Origin: an uncultured Eubacteriales bacterium
GTDB lineage: Bacteria; Bacillota; Clostridia; Christensenellales; RUG350
NCBI GenBank assembly: GCA_900315995.1
Contig: ONBF01000011.1
Location: 1 to 52,887 of the forward strand
Length of the DNA: 52,887 nt
Direction of reading: 5' to 3'
This document shows positions 20,344-30,304 of this stretch, one piece after another (the stretch's first letter is position 1; each line of letters opens with the position of its first letter). Under the pieces are notes generated by a model. The model saw only the letters and a program-made list of their open reading frames with translations, did no database searches and was not told where the DNA came from. The position numbers and the translations under genes are program-made.

Positions 20344-20838
20344 ATGGATTTTAACGGTATTTGGAACTCAATCGAGCCTTATGTGATAGGCGCATTGACC
20401 GCGTTTATAAGCGGCGGTATGATATTTATTCTCGTAAAGCAAATTCTGAGTGGCTGGCTCAACAGAAATAATATCGATACGCTTGCCGAGCGTTTTGCAA
20501 ACAGCGTTGTCGGCGAAAAAATTTACGTTGATATACGAGCGTTATCCGACAAACGCGTTAAAGAACTCAACGAACAAATTAAGAATACTATCGAAGTTAC
20601 GTTAAAAAGAAATCTTAACGTTATCAATAATATCACTGCGATAGTTGCTGATGTGGGAGAAGTATTTATCAACAGTAAGACAGTGACTCCCGCACAACGC
20701 GCGAGACTTAAAGAAGATGTTGAAGCCGTAAGAAACGCAAGCGGTTGCGATTCGGTAAAGAGCGAAGATTGCTTAGTGGTTAATTTGGCACTTAACGGCA
20801 ATGAAGATAAAGAAAGACGACTTATTAATTTCGATTGA
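20344..20838 (+). CDS. hypothetical single-pass membrane protein with helical C-terminus (holin-like candidate)
   Basis: AGGAGG RBS; N-terminal TM YVIGALTAFISGGMIFILV. Confidence 0.65.
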   Translation: MDFNGIWNSIEPYVIGALTAFISGGMIFILVKQILSGWLNRNNIDTLAERFANSVVGEKIYVDIRALSDKRVKELNEQIKNTIEVTLKRNLNVINNITAIVADVGEVFINSKTVTPAQRARLKEDVEAVRNASGCDSVKSEDCLVVNLALNGNEDKERRLINFD

Positions 20839-20847
20839 AGGTGACGT

Positions 20848-21336
20848 ATGAAGTATTCAAAAAGAAAGCTTACGTTTTTTATATTCGAAGTGTTGTTTTC
20901 GGTAGTAATTCCAATATTGATAGGCATATTGTCGTGTATGGATAAAGGGCTTAAAGTAAGAATAGGCGCATACGGCATAACGCTTGCGATAATTTTATTT
21001 TACGTCATCAAAAAGTTGTTTATCAATAAACGGGTCGAAAACCTTAAAGGATTTACAGTACATCTTAAAAGCGAACTTGCGATAGAAACGGACGCCGTGA
21101 AGATTAACAATATAAGGCGCGCGCTTGCAAAGGCGCAAGTCTTTGAAGTTATTGCTACGGCAATCACTCCGATAGGCTTGTTAAGCGTATTTTTGTTGGT
21201 ATCTAAGAGCATAGAAGCGGGCATAGCGCACCTTTCGGGAGCTGTGGGACTTATTCTTTTATCAGTGATAATCGGGACGGTATTCGCAGTGCTTAACGCG
21301 TCGGTAATACGATGCGGAAACGGAGACGCGCAATGA
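20848..21336 (+). CDS. hypothetical 4-TM membrane protein
   Basis: Two hydrophobic hairpins separated by a charged helix; AAGGTGA RBS. Confidence 0.7.
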   Translation: MKYSKRKLTFFIFEVLFSVVIPILIGILSCMDKGLKVRIGAYGITLAIILFYVIKKLFINKRVENLKGFTVHLKSELAIETDAVKINNIRRALAKAQVFEVIATAITPIGLLSVFLLVSKSIEAGIAHLSGAVGLILLSVIIGTVFAVLNASVIRCGNGDAQ

Positions 21337-22136
21337 AGTATGCATTAAAGACTGTTGCTCTTACATCGATTTTTTTACTTGTAGTATTCATAAATATACT
21401 GAGCGACTACATAAGTTTTTCGTTCTCGACAGCGATATTTACAGACGCTGCTTATTGGCTGAACGTAGCTATACTTAATACGGGACTTATTATAGTCATA
21501 ATGATATGCAGGTCGTATGCAAAGGATAAAGAGATTGGTAGCAACAAAGAGTATGCGGATACGCAGAAAGAAATCGACGGCGCATACGTCGAGTTCAATA
21601 AACGCAAATTGTATACCGAGTTCAATAAGTATATAGGTGAAATCAATTTTAATAATAAGCTTGAAAGATACGAGATTAAACTTAATAGGAAATTAATTAA
21701 AGCCAAAAAAGAAGAGCGCAAAAACGAGCTTAAAGAATTAATAAAACGTGCGAGCGACGACGTTAAATATGTTCGCGTAAGATACAGGAAGTTACGAATT
21801 GCGAGTATTTTTTCGAGAACGGATATGAACGTTAAAGACGAATATGACATAGACGAACACGAAATGCGTGCAATTTCAAAACTTATGCTTAACAGGGTGC
21901 TTGCGATACTTGCGTTCAGTCTCGTATTTACAAGCGTATTGATGTCTGCGCGCGAGTTTGACATAGTGATGTTGTATTCCACGATGCTTAAATTGTTTCA
22001 GGTAGCGACGTCGATTTACGTCGGATTATCGGCGGGTTACAATTATGTTGCGGGTGAAATTTTACCTAAAACAAAACTTAAATTGCAGATTATAGAGAAG
22101 TTTCTCGAAAGCCGTTCGAATAACGACAATCTGTAA
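21333..22136 (+). CDS. hypothetical membrane protein (2 TM, Lys-rich coiled coil, 2 TM)
   Basis: ATGA overlap with the upstream gene; hydrophobicity pattern. Confidence 0.7.
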   Translation: MKYALKTVALTSIFLLVVFINILSDYISFSFSTAIFTDAAYWLNVAILNTGLIIVIMICRSYAKDKEIGSNKEYADTQKEIDGAYVEFNKRKLYTEFNKYIGEINFNNKLERYEIKLNRKLIKAKKEERKNELKELIKRASDDVKYVRVRYRKLRIASIFSRTDMNVKDEYDIDEHEMRAISKLMLNRVLAILAFSLVFTSVLMSAREFDIVMLYSTMLKLFQVATSIYVGLSAGYNYVAGEILPKTKLKLQIIEKFLESRSNNDNL

Positions 22137-22143
22137 TTCGTGA

Positions 22144-22172
22144 TTGCAAAAATAATTAAAGCGTGTTATAAT
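22144..22172 (+). promoter_or_regulatory. sigma-A-type promoter of the NYN gene
   Basis: TTGCAA, 17 bp, TATAAT with TGn extension. Confidence 0.7.
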
Positions 22173-22199
22173 AACCCCATTAATTTTGATGGAGTTATT

Positions 22200-22973
22200 A
22201 TGACCGGCGATAAAAAGATTGCACTTTTAATCGACGCGGAAAACGTGTCGGCTAAATACATCGGATATATTTGCAAAGAGCTTACAAAGTACGGAGTTGT
22301 GACGTATAAGCGTATTTACGGCGACTGGACGGGAAAAGGTGCGGACGGGTGGAAAAAGGTTTTGCTTGAACACTCGATAACGCCTATTCAACAGTACAGT
22401 TATACGGTGGGGAAAAATTCGTCCGACAGTGCTATGATAATAGACGCAATGGATATTTTGTATTCTCAAAGCGTCGATGCGTTTTGTATCGTATCGAGCG
22501 ACAGTGATTTTACGCGTCTTGCGGTAAGGCTCAGAGAAAACGGTAACACCGTTATCGGTATGGGTGAAAAGAAAACCCCGCAGGCATTTATTACGGCGTG
22601 CGAAAAATTCATATATCTCGAAATGCTTGCGCCTACGCAAAGCGTTAAGAAGACGCCGAAACGTTCGACTGTTGAAAAAACGGTAAATGATAATAAAGAA
22701 AACGTCTCGATTGAATCCGATATGACTATAATAATCGACGCGCTGAAAGATATTATCGAAGATTTAAGCGATGATATGGGCTGGGCGTATCTTGCGGACG
22801 TATTCAACGTGCTCGGCAAGCGGTTCCCCGATTTCGATTCGAGGTTATACGGTTACAAGAAAGCGTCGGAGTTTATTCGATCGCTTGAAGAATTCGAAAC
22901 GGAAGCGCGCTCGACTAAGGGAACGGGTAACCCCGACAGAATTTTCGTAAAAATTACGGGCAAAAAGAAATAA
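22200..22973 (+). CDS. NYN (PIN-like) domain protein with C-terminal OST-HTH/LOTUS domain
   Basis: IALLIDAENV, KRIYGDW, GKNSSDSAMIIDAMD, SSDSDF; C-terminal GWAYL...PDFDSRLYGYKK. Confidence 0.92.
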   Translation: MTGDKKIALLIDAENVSAKYIGYICKELTKYGVVTYKRIYGDWTGKGADGWKKVLLEHSITPIQQYSYTVGKNSSDSAMIIDAMDILYSQSVDAFCIVSSDSDFTRLAVRLRENGNTVIGMGEKKTPQAFITACEKFIYLEMLAPTQSVKKTPKRSTVEKTVNDNKENVSIESDMTIIIDALKDIIEDLSDDMGWAYLADVFNVLGKRFPDFDSRLYGYKKASEFIRSLEEFETEARSTKGTGNPDRIFVKITGKKK

Positions 22974-22974
22974 T

Positions 22975-23012
22975 AAAAAAAGGGTATAGAAAAAACGCTA
23001 TACCTTTTTTTT
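22975..23012. terminator. bidirectional terminator
   Basis: A-run, GGGTATAG-aaaaaacg-CTATACCT, T-run, between convergent genes. Confidence 0.8.
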
Positions 23013-23032
23013 ACAGATTCAAACGGTTGTTA

Positions 23033-24490
23033 TTATTTAAGTCGCTTTTTTCCAAGCGGTGTCAAATCGAAATTTTCAACATATTCGATAAGTTTAGGCA
23101 TAGACCAACGGGGGAGATATTCGCTCATTGTTTTGTTGAGTTTGTCCGCTATTTCTTTTTCATTTATGTTTTCTTTGAGTTTTATCTGGGCTTTAATGAT
23201 TTCGCCTTTAAGCGCATCGGGGACGCCGACGACCAGCACGTCGTCAACAAATTCGCATTTTTTGATAACAGACTCAATTTCTTGCGGAAATACGGTAACG
23301 CCGCTTGTTTTTATACTTTGTTTTATGCGTCCCGTGAAGTAAAGAAAGCCGTCTTTGTCGAAATATCCGACGTCTCCCGTTGCGAGCATACGAACGCCGT
23401 CTATTGTTTTTATCGTATTCTTACCCGAAAGGTATCCGTTCATAAGCGCGGGTGTGTCGATATATATTTCGCCTATTTCGTTCGGTTTATTTATTTTTTC
23501 ACCGTCTTTACAGATGTATATATTCGTATTCGGAAGAGGTTTTCCGACCGAGCCTATACGGTAAGCGTCGTCGCGGTTAACGCAGACTACCGAACACGTT
23601 TCGGACAGCCCGTAACCTTCTTTGAGAATTGCCGTCGAGCCGCATTTTGCCATATGTTCGTTAAAGGCTTTGATAAGTTCGGGTTCGGTATGGTCTCCGC
23701 CGACGAACGCGCTTCTTAAATATGTCAAGCGTGTATCGAAATCGGGTGATTTGAGAAGGCGCGCATAAAAGCGCGGTATTTCGACCAAGTAACTGATACG
23801 CATTTTTTTGATAAGTTTTACGGTAGAAGCCGCGTCGTAATCGTTTGAGAGAACGAGCGTTACGCGTGCGGTTACAAATCCGTGCATACCTATGCACAAT
23901 CCGAACGCGTGAAACATCGGAAGCAGACATAAAACTTTGTCGTCGCGATTTGCGTCCGGAATAAGTACGGAGTGTGTGGACGCGACGTAATTAAACTGCG
24001 CCGACGTGATAATAACCGTTTTCGGCGTATCGGTAGTGCCCCCGCTTTGAAGATACACTGCGGGCAAGTTTTCGTCCGTATTATGCGGACAAGTCTTCGA
24101 TACCGAGAAATTAAACCCCACTCCTTCGGCAAAGCCGTCGCAAACGACGGTCGGAATATCAATATGATAAGAACGAAGCGCGAAAATAAATTTTGCATTA
24201 CTGTTTTTCAAAAGCTCTTTAAGCGGTAAATCGGGCGTTTGCGGGTTAAGCATATACGCAATCGCGCCCAAACGGTTTATTGCGTATAACGTAATTACGG
24301 TTTCCGCTATATTCGGTAGAATAACAGCTACGACGTCGCCTTGTTTTATTCCGCAGTAATCGAGATAGGACGCAACGGAATCGGCTTTTGCGAGTAATTG
24401 CGAATAAGTCATATTGCGCTTATCACTGAAAAAAGCTATATCGTTCGGGCAAATCATTGCGTTGTATTTGACAATATCATACAAAGTCAT
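23033..24490 (-). CDS. class I adenylate-forming enzyme (acyl-CoA synthetase family)
   Basis: QSGGTTDTPK, EGYGLSET, TGDVG, GRIK, LTPLGK. Confidence 0.9.
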   Translation of the reverse strand: MTLYDIVKYNAMICPNDIAFFSDKRNMTYSQLLAKADSVASYLDYCGIKQGDVVAVILPNIAETVITLYAINRLGAIAYMLNPQTPDLPLKELLKNSNAKFIFALRSYHIDIPTVVCDGFAEGVGFNFSVSKTCPHNTDENLPAVYLQSGGTTDTPKTVIITSAQFNYVASTHSVLIPDANRDDKVLCLLPMFHAFGLCIGMHGFVTARVTLVLSNDYDAASTVKLIKKMRISYLVEIPRFYARLLKSPDFDTRLTYLRSAFVGGDHTEPELIKAFNEHMAKCGSTAILKEGYGLSETCSVVCVNRDDAYRIGSVGKPLPNTNIYICKDGEKINKPNEIGEIYIDTPALMNGYLSGKNTIKTIDGVRMLATGDVGYFDKDGFLYFTGRIKQSIKTSGVTVFPQEIESVIKKCEFVDDVLVVGVPDALKGEIIKAQIKLKENINEKEIADKLNKTMSEYLPRWSMPKLIEYVENFDLTPLGKKRLK

Positions 24491-24498
24491 ACGTCACC

Positions 24499-25266
24499 TC
24501 AAAATAAAGAGAATAATAATATTATTATCAACAATAAAGGTTGATGCAATATATAAGTCAAAAGCGCGTATCTTCCGACGAAACACGCGGGGCGCAACGG
24601 TGTCGGCGGTGCGGACGGTTTAAGGAGACGTTTTCGTTTCAGAAGTTTGCCGACAACTACGCCTATAAACACTATACCGACGAACGGCATAATACCGACC
24701 GTGTCGCCTGTATGAAACGGCAGGTATCCTATTCCGAGAAGCCCTACGAAAATGCCGGATCTATTCGGGTCAAAGAATATGGCGTGAAGTATAATCATAA
24801 TCGACGCGGAAGATAAATAAATCACGGTTTTTATCTTTTCGTTTTTAATAAATTCGATAAGTACCGTCAATAATATCGCGACCGTCAGCATATGCAACGT
24901 TCCGAACCAAACGACGAATCCTTGATACCCGAATATCGCATCGAACGTGTAGGTAACTATCGTAAGACCAACGCAAACGATAAAGAGTTTAAGAACGCGA
25001 TTAAGGTTATTTCTCGATAAACTTGTCGATATTCCGCACAAAAGGTAGAACGTACTTATTATGACCCCACGCGTAATAAGGCGTACGGGGTGATACCAGT
25101 AGTATACGGCGGCGGACGTAAGTGCTTGCGCAAACGGCGACGAGCTTAGACTCGGCAACATGTATCCGCAATCAAACATAAAGTGGTCGCAGATCATAAT
25201 CAGCACGCAAAAGCCTCTTATAAGGTCTATATAAAAAACGCGTTTTGAAGTCTTATCAGATGTCAT
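24499..25266 (-). CDS. DUF1624 / heparan-alpha-glucosaminide N-acetyltransferase-like membrane protein
   Basis: RVFYIDLIRG..MICDH, FGTLH, GRYALLTYILHQP. Confidence 0.85.
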   Translation of the reverse strand: MTSDKTSKRVFYIDLIRGFCVLIMICDHFMFDCGYMLPSLSSSPFAQALTSAAVYYWYHPVRLITRGVIISTFYLLCGISTSLSRNNLNRVLKLFIVCVGLTIVTYTFDAIFGYQGFVVWFGTLHMLTVAILLTVLIEFIKNEKIKTVIYLSSASIMIILHAIFFDPNRSGIFVGLLGIGYLPFHTGDTVGIMPFVGIVFIGVVVGKLLKRKRLLKPSAPPTPLRPACFVGRYALLTYILHQPLLLIIILLFSLF

Positions 25267-25753
25267 CTTTATACTCGATTTTCACAAGGCGCATTTCGCC
25301 GTTTATCCTTTTGTATAGTTTGAATCTGTCATGGTATTCGTGCACGAGAATATCGGGGTAGAGACGACTCCAATATATATCGGGTTTTTCAACGGCACGT
25401 TCATGATAAATCTGTCGTTTGGGGATATTGCGTCGTTCGTTACGGTTATCGTTTTCGTAGTGAACCTTTACCGTTTTGCGACTTAAAAATGCGAACGGTT
25501 TCGATATGTTTTTGGCAAATATCACCGCGCAACACACGAACGACGTCGCAAGCCCTATATAAAACAGCGTTGTTTCAACCGACGGGGCAGACAAATCAAA
25601 TCCGTATATCGCATAAAGGACAAGTATATATATTCCGTACAGCAAAGGAACGTGAAGCCCTGTTATACGAAGTATTCGCGCCACAATCTTGACTACTATG
25701 TCAAGTACGAATTTCAGTATTTTAAGTATAACGCTTAATATTGCCGTTAACAC
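25256..25753 (-). CDS. hypothetical membrane protein
   Basis: 2-3 TM segments; AGGAG RBS; coupled between leuS and the DUF1624 gene. Confidence 0.7.
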   Translation of the reverse strand: MLTAILSVILKILKFVLDIVVKIVARILRITGLHVPLLYGIYILVLYAIYGFDLSAPSVETTLFYIGLATSFVCCAVIFAKNISKPFAFLSRKTVKVHYENDNRNERRNIPKRQIYHERAVEKPDIYWSRLYPDILVHEYHDRFKLYKRINGEMRLVKIEYKDDI

Positions 25754-25762
25754 AAAGCTCCT

Positions 25763-28183
25763 TTAAGCAACGACTATATTTACGAGTCTGCCTTTTATAA
25801 CGATAACTTTTTTAACTTCTTTACCTTCCGTAAATGGTATAACCGCGCTGTCGCTTAAAGCGACGGCTTTTATTTCGTCGTCGGAAGCATTTGACGAAAC
25901 CGTGATTTTTGTTTTGACTTTGCTGTTTACCTGTACGGCAAGTTCGATACTGTCTTTTATCATTGCCGATTTGTCGGCGACGGGGTAACTTGCATTGAAT
26001 ACGCTGTACGGTAAATGCATTTTCTCGTTAAGTTCTTCCGCAAAATGCGGGGTAATCGGCGCAAGCATTTTGATAAAATCGATAACTGTTGCGCGGTAAA
26101 GTCCGTCGTTATTGCCGTCATATTTTTGAAGAGCGTTGGTAAGCTCCATAAGTCTTGCGATTGCGGTGTTAAACGAGAACGTTTCCATATCGGCGGTTAC
26201 GCGCTCGATAGTCGTATGTCGCACATAATTGAGTTCTTTATCCGCGGCTGTCAGCGGAGCGATTTCGTCTTTCATATCGTAAGCCTTTTCGACGATACGT
26301 TCCACTCTGTCAAGGTATTTTGAAATAGCTTTGATGCCGTCGTCGCTCCAAGGACCGCCTTCGACGTATGAGAAACCGAACATCAAATACATGCGGAAAG
26401 CGTCCGCGCCGTATTGTTCGATAAATGTGTCGGGAGATATTACGTTTCCGCGGCTCTTGCTCATTTTGAACCCGTCGGGTCCGAGTATAAGCCCTTGATG
26501 TACAAGAGACGTGAACGGTTCGTCGAAATTAAGGTATCCCATATCGCGCAACGCTTTCGTAACGAAACGCGCGTACAAAAGGTGCATACAAGCGTGTTCC
26601 GCACCGCCGATGTATTTATCGACGGGGAGCATCTTGTTTATTTTTTCTTTATCAAACGCCGCGTCCGTGTTTTTGCTGTCGGGGTATCTCAGATAATACC
26701 AACTTGAACATACGAACGTGTCAAGCGTATCGGGGTCTCGAAGCGCAGGACGTCCGCATACGGGACACACGGTGTGCATAAAGCCGTCGTGTTTAAGGAG
26801 AGGTGATTTTCCGTCGGGAGTAAAATCCACGTCGTACGGGAGACGTACGGGAAGGTCTTTTTCGGGGACGGGAACGTCTCCGCAGTGTTCACAATGAATA
26901 ATCGGGATAGGCGCGCCCCAGTATCTTTGACGCGATACGAGCCAGTCTCTCAAACGGTAATTCGTTTTAATTTCACCTTTACCGATTTTGTTTAACGCTT
27001 CGGTTATTTTGATTTTCGCATCGTCTACTTTAAGCCCGTCGAACTCGCCGCTGTTGACGAGTACGCCGCTGTGTTCGACGAAAGGTAAAGTATCGTCGCA
27101 GTCTATACCCTTAATAACTCGCGTTATCGGTAAATCGTATTTTTGAGCAAACCCGAAGTCGCGTTCGTCGTGCGACGGAACGCCCATAACCGCACCCGTG
27201 CCGTAACTGAACAGAACATAGTCCGCTATCCATACGGGAATTTTTTGATTATTAATCGGATTAACCGCATACGCGCCCGTAAACGCACCCGTCTTTTCGC
27301 GCGTTGACGAAAGTCTGTCTATTTCGGTTGCCGTTGATACATATTTCTTGTATTCTTCAACCGCCGATTTTTGTTCGGGTGTTGTGATTTTATCGACCAA
27401 AGGATGCTCGGGAGCGAGTACAACGTAACTTACTCCGAATAACGTATCCGCGCGCGTCGTAAAGACTTTGAACGTTTCACCCGTAGTCAAAGTAAACTCG
27501 ATTTCGCTGCCCGTTGATTTACCTATCCAGTTTTTTTGCATAAGTTTTGTCTTTTCGGGCCAGTCGAGTTTATCGAGGTCACGAAGAAGTTCTTCCGCAT
27601 AGTCCGTAATTTTCAAGAACCATTGCGTAAGATTTTTTCTGACGACCGTTGTACCGCATCGCTCGCAAACGCCGTCCGTTACTTGTTCGTTGGCAAGAAC
27701 GGTGTTGCAAGACGGACACCAGTTGACAGGCGCCGCCTTACGATAGGCAAGTCCGTGTTTGTATAATTGAAGGAAGAGCCATTGAGTCCACTTGTAATAA
27801 TCGGGAAGGCAAGTTTTGACTTCCGCGCTCCAATCGAACATTGCGCCCATTGTTTTTAGTTGTTTTTCCATAGTCGCAATGTTTTTAAGCGTCGAATCTT
27901 CGGGGTGAACGCCCGTTTTTATCGCGTAGTTTTCGGCGGGAAGTCCGAAAGCGTCGAAGCCCATCGGCTCGAATACGTTATATCCTTGCATAAGCTTGAA
28001 TCTTGCGAAACTGTCGGACGGACCGTAATTAAACCAATGTCCCGCATGCAGTTTTGCGCCCGAAGGATATGAAAACATTTCGAGAACGTAATACTTAGGT
28101 TTATCACTGTCGCGCTTGTAATCATAGATTTTGTCTTTTTCCCAGCGTGCTTGCCATTTTTGCTCAATATATTTGCAGTCCAT
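25763..28183 (-). CDS. leuS: leucine--tRNA ligase
   Basis: [15 protein letters not shown] (HIGH), FTTRADT editing domain, SRQRYWG, KMSKS. Confidence 0.98.
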   Translation of the reverse strand: MDCKYIEQKWQARWEKDKIYDYKRDSDKPKYYVLEMFSYPSGAKLHAGHWFNYGPSDSFARFKLMQGYNVFEPMGFDAFGLPAENYAIKTGVHPEDSTLKNIATMEKQLKTMGAMFDWSAEVKTCLPDYYKWTQWLFLQLYKHGLAYRKAAPVNWCPSCNTVLANEQVTDGVCERCGTTVVRKNLTQWFLKITDYAEELLRDLDKLDWPEKTKLMQKNWIGKSTGSEIEFTLTTGETFKVFTTRADTLFGVSYVVLAPEHPLVDKITTPEQKSAVEEYKKYVSTATEIDRLSSTREKTGAFTGAYAVNPINNQKIPVWIADYVLFSYGTGAVMGVPSHDERDFGFAQKYDLPITRVIKGIDCDDTLPFVEHSGVLVNSGEFDGLKVDDAKIKITEALNKIGKGEIKTNYRLRDWLVSRQRYWGAPIPIIHCEHCGDVPVPEKDLPVRLPYDVDFTPDGKSPLLKHDGFMHTVCPVCGRPALRDPDTLDTFVCSSWYYLRYPDSKNTDAAFDKEKINKMLPVDKYIGGAEHACMHLLYARFVTKALRDMGYLNFDEPFTSLVHQGLILGPDGFKMSKSRGNVISPDTFIEQYGADAFRMYLMFGFSYVEGGPWSDDGIKAISKYLDRVERIVEKAYDMKDEIAPLTAADKELNYVRHTTIERVTADMETFSFNTAIARLMELTNALQKYDGNNDGLYRATVIDFIKMLAPITPHFAEELNEKMHLPYSVFNASYPVADKSAMIKDSIELAVQVNSKVKTKITVSSNASDDEIKAVALSDSAVIPFTEGKEVKKVIVIKGRLVNIVVA

Positions 28184-28219
28184 ATAAAACTCCGATTAAT
28201 AAAATTATTTAATATAATA

Positions 28220-28248
28220 ATTATATTTAATATTAAAAGTAAAGTCAA
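28220..28248 (-). promoter_or_regulatory. sigma-A promoter of leuS
   Basis: TTGACT, 17 bp, TATAAT on the minus strand. Confidence 0.75.
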
Positions 28249-28408
28249 TGATAATAAGGATTTGCAAAAAGATAGGCAATGTTAATTATTTTATCCGTAT
28301 GAAAACTGCGCTTTACCCGCACAAACCGTTTGCATCTGAAAGCCGTTAAAAACGCATTATGAATAAAAAAGCGTGTCTTGCCAACAATAATAGAAACAGG
28401 AGGAGAGT

Positions 28409-28552
28409 ATGAATAAAAAATCCGATTCAACAAAGGACTGCGGAATGAAAGCTTGTAAACATTGCAAAAGCGGCGCTGACGAAAATCAAACGAGCGAAAA
28501 GCAAGAAACAAGCGACACAAAAAGAAGCCGTACTGCTAAAAGTTGTAAGTAA
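28409..28552 (+). CDS. 47-aa Lys/Ser/Cys-rich small protein (not in ORF track), probably spore-associated
   Basis: AGGAGGAG RBS; MNKKSDSTKDCGMKACKHCKSGADENQTSEKQETSDTKRSRTAKSCK; terminator directly after. Confidence 0.8.
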   Translation: MNKKSDSTKDCGMKACKHCKSGADENQTSEKQETSDTKRSRTAKSCK

Positions 28553-28561
28553 CGGCAAAGA

Positions 28562-28594
28562 AAAAGGACTTTATGCGTTTTGTAAAGTCCTTTT
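28562..28594. terminator. bidirectional terminator
   Basis: AAAAGGACTTTA-tgcgttttg-TAAAGTCCTTTT. Confidence 0.85.
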
Positions 28595-28621
28595 ACATAT
28601 TTCACTTTATTAATATTTCAT

Positions 28622-30304
28622 TTAATTAAAATTAATACAGTAATCTTTCATAACCATTACGATATTTATCGAGTGATCGGCTATACGCTCCAAGTTGCTT
28701 GTGAGAGCTATAAAGTGAGAACCTGCGGTTGCGGAACACTCACCCGTGCTCATACGTTTGATATGCGAATTTTTGAGTTGTTCGGTAAGCTCGTCGATTT
28801 TATCTTCGCGGAGTTTCAAGTCGCTGAGAGCTGCGATTGAAATTTCTTTGAAAGCGGATATTGCGACTTCGAGTTGCTCAAACGTTGCATTGAAAAGTGC
28901 TTTGATTTCCGCCGTTGCATTATCGCTGAAACCGATATTTTCTTTTTGCGCGGTTTCCGCGTACTCAATAATATTTTCGGCATAGTCGCCTATACGTTCG
29001 ACGTCAGTTACGGTATGGAAGTATGTGCCGATAACTTTACTTTCGTACGTCGGAAGACTCAACGCCGTAATTTCCACGAGATATTTTGCGATTTCACGGT
29101 TTAAGAAATTGATGTTCTTTTCACGAATATCGAATTCTTGTTTTTTATCCGTATTCTTGTTAAGTACGGCGTTTACGGCAAAACTTAAATTTTTTTGAGC
29201 AAGTCGCGCCATATTTTCGATTTCTTTTCTTACGTCCGTCATAATAACGCTTGCGTTTGGTTTGAGTTTCGGGTCGATATATACGTATTCGGTAAGCAAT
29301 TCCGAGGTTGTGACGCGTTTATCTTTAATAAGTTTCGTAAGTAACTTTTCCACTTGCTTTGCAAGAAGTATGAGTGTCGCGCCCGTAATGAGATTAAAGA
29401 ATATGTGAAACAGTGATATTTGTAAAGACTCATTATCAGGTGCGATTGCTTGTAAGAGTTTATAGCAGTTCGGGAAAGTAAACAGTATAATTCCGAAAAG
29501 TATAAGTCCGAACACATTGAAAAGCACATGTACGTACGCGGCGCGACGAGCGTTGGTTCTTGCGCCCAACGATATGACAACGGCGGTAACCGATGTACCC
29601 ATATTTGCGCCGAGTACTATAAGCATTGCGTTGTACAATGGAAGAACGCCGGATTCGATAAGCGGTATAAGTATTGCAATCGTTGCCGTCGAACTTTGTA
29701 CGAGTGCGGTAACGAGAATACCTATAAGTATCAAAAGAAAAGGATTTGATATAGTCGAAAAAGCGTTCTTAACGGACGGAATTTCGAGAAGCGGACTCAT
29801 AAATTCGTTCATAAAGAACAGTCCCGCAAATATCAAACCGAAGCCCGTAATAACGCCGCCTATTTCTTTCGTTACTCTTTTTTTCGACAAGAGAGTGATA
29901 AACATCCCGATAAGCGCGCACGCTGCGAGAATAGGGGATATGAGAGATACGCCTTGAAGGGATACGAGAAGCGCGGTTATCGTTGTTCCGAAATTTGCGC
30001 CTATTATAATGTTGGTTGCTTGATAGAGAGTGAGAAGTCCCGTATTGACAAGACCGACTGTCATAGCTGTCGTTGCGGACGAACTTTGAAGAATTGCGGT
30101 AACGCCTGCGCCGAGTCCAAACCCCGCAAAGCGATTGTTACCCACTTTATCGAGAGTACGGCGCAGTCGTGAGCCGAACGCCGTTTCGAGATGTTGACTC
30201 ATAAGGCGTAACCCCAAAAGAAGAACAGCCATACCTGCAAGCATGGCTAAAACGTCTGAAATAATATCGATTGTCGGCGGTAAATCCGCGGATATTAAAT
30301 ACAT
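28622..30304 (-). CDS. Na/Pi cotransporter family protein with C-terminal PhoU domains
   Basis: Two QSS(S/T)A repeats with GANxGT, and ERIGDYAENI / ERIADHSINI PhoU motifs; TGATG overlap with the upstream paralogue. Confidence 0.92.
   Translation of the reverse strand: MYLISADLPPTIDIISDVLAMLAGMAVLLLGLRLMSQHLETAFGSRLRRTLDKVGNNRFAGFGLGAGVTAILQSSSATTAMTVGLVNTGLLTLYQATNIIIGANFGTTITALLVSLQGVSLISPILAACALIGMFITLLSKKRVTKEIGGVITGFGLIFAGLFFMNEFMSPLLEIPSVKNAFSTISNPFLLILIGILVTALVQSSTATIAILIPLIESGVLPLYNAMLIVLGANMGTSVTAVVISLGARTNARRAAYVHVLFNVFGLILFGIILFTFPNCYKLLQAIAPDNESLQISLFHIFFNLITGATLILLAKQVEKLLTKLIKDKRVTTSELLTEYVYIDPKLKPNASVIMTDVRKEIENMARLAQKNLSFAVNAVLNKNTDKKQEFDIREKNINFLNREIAKYLVEITALSLPTYESKVIGTYFHTVTDVERIGDYAENIIEYAETAQKENIGFSDNATAEIKALFNATFEQLEVAISAFKEISIAALSDLKLREDKIDELTEQLKNSHIKRMSTGECSATAGSHFIALTSNLERIADHSINIVMVMKDYCINFN

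Noticed and set aside
17887-22136. Complete or inducible prophage
   Set aside because: No integrase, terminase, portal, capsid, tape measure or att repeats in the window; the flanks are housekeeping genes.
22200-22973. NYN nuclease as part of the upstream phage-like operon or a defence system
   Set aside because: It has its own sigma-A promoter and the common stand-alone NYN-LOTUS architecture; no evidence of functional linkage.
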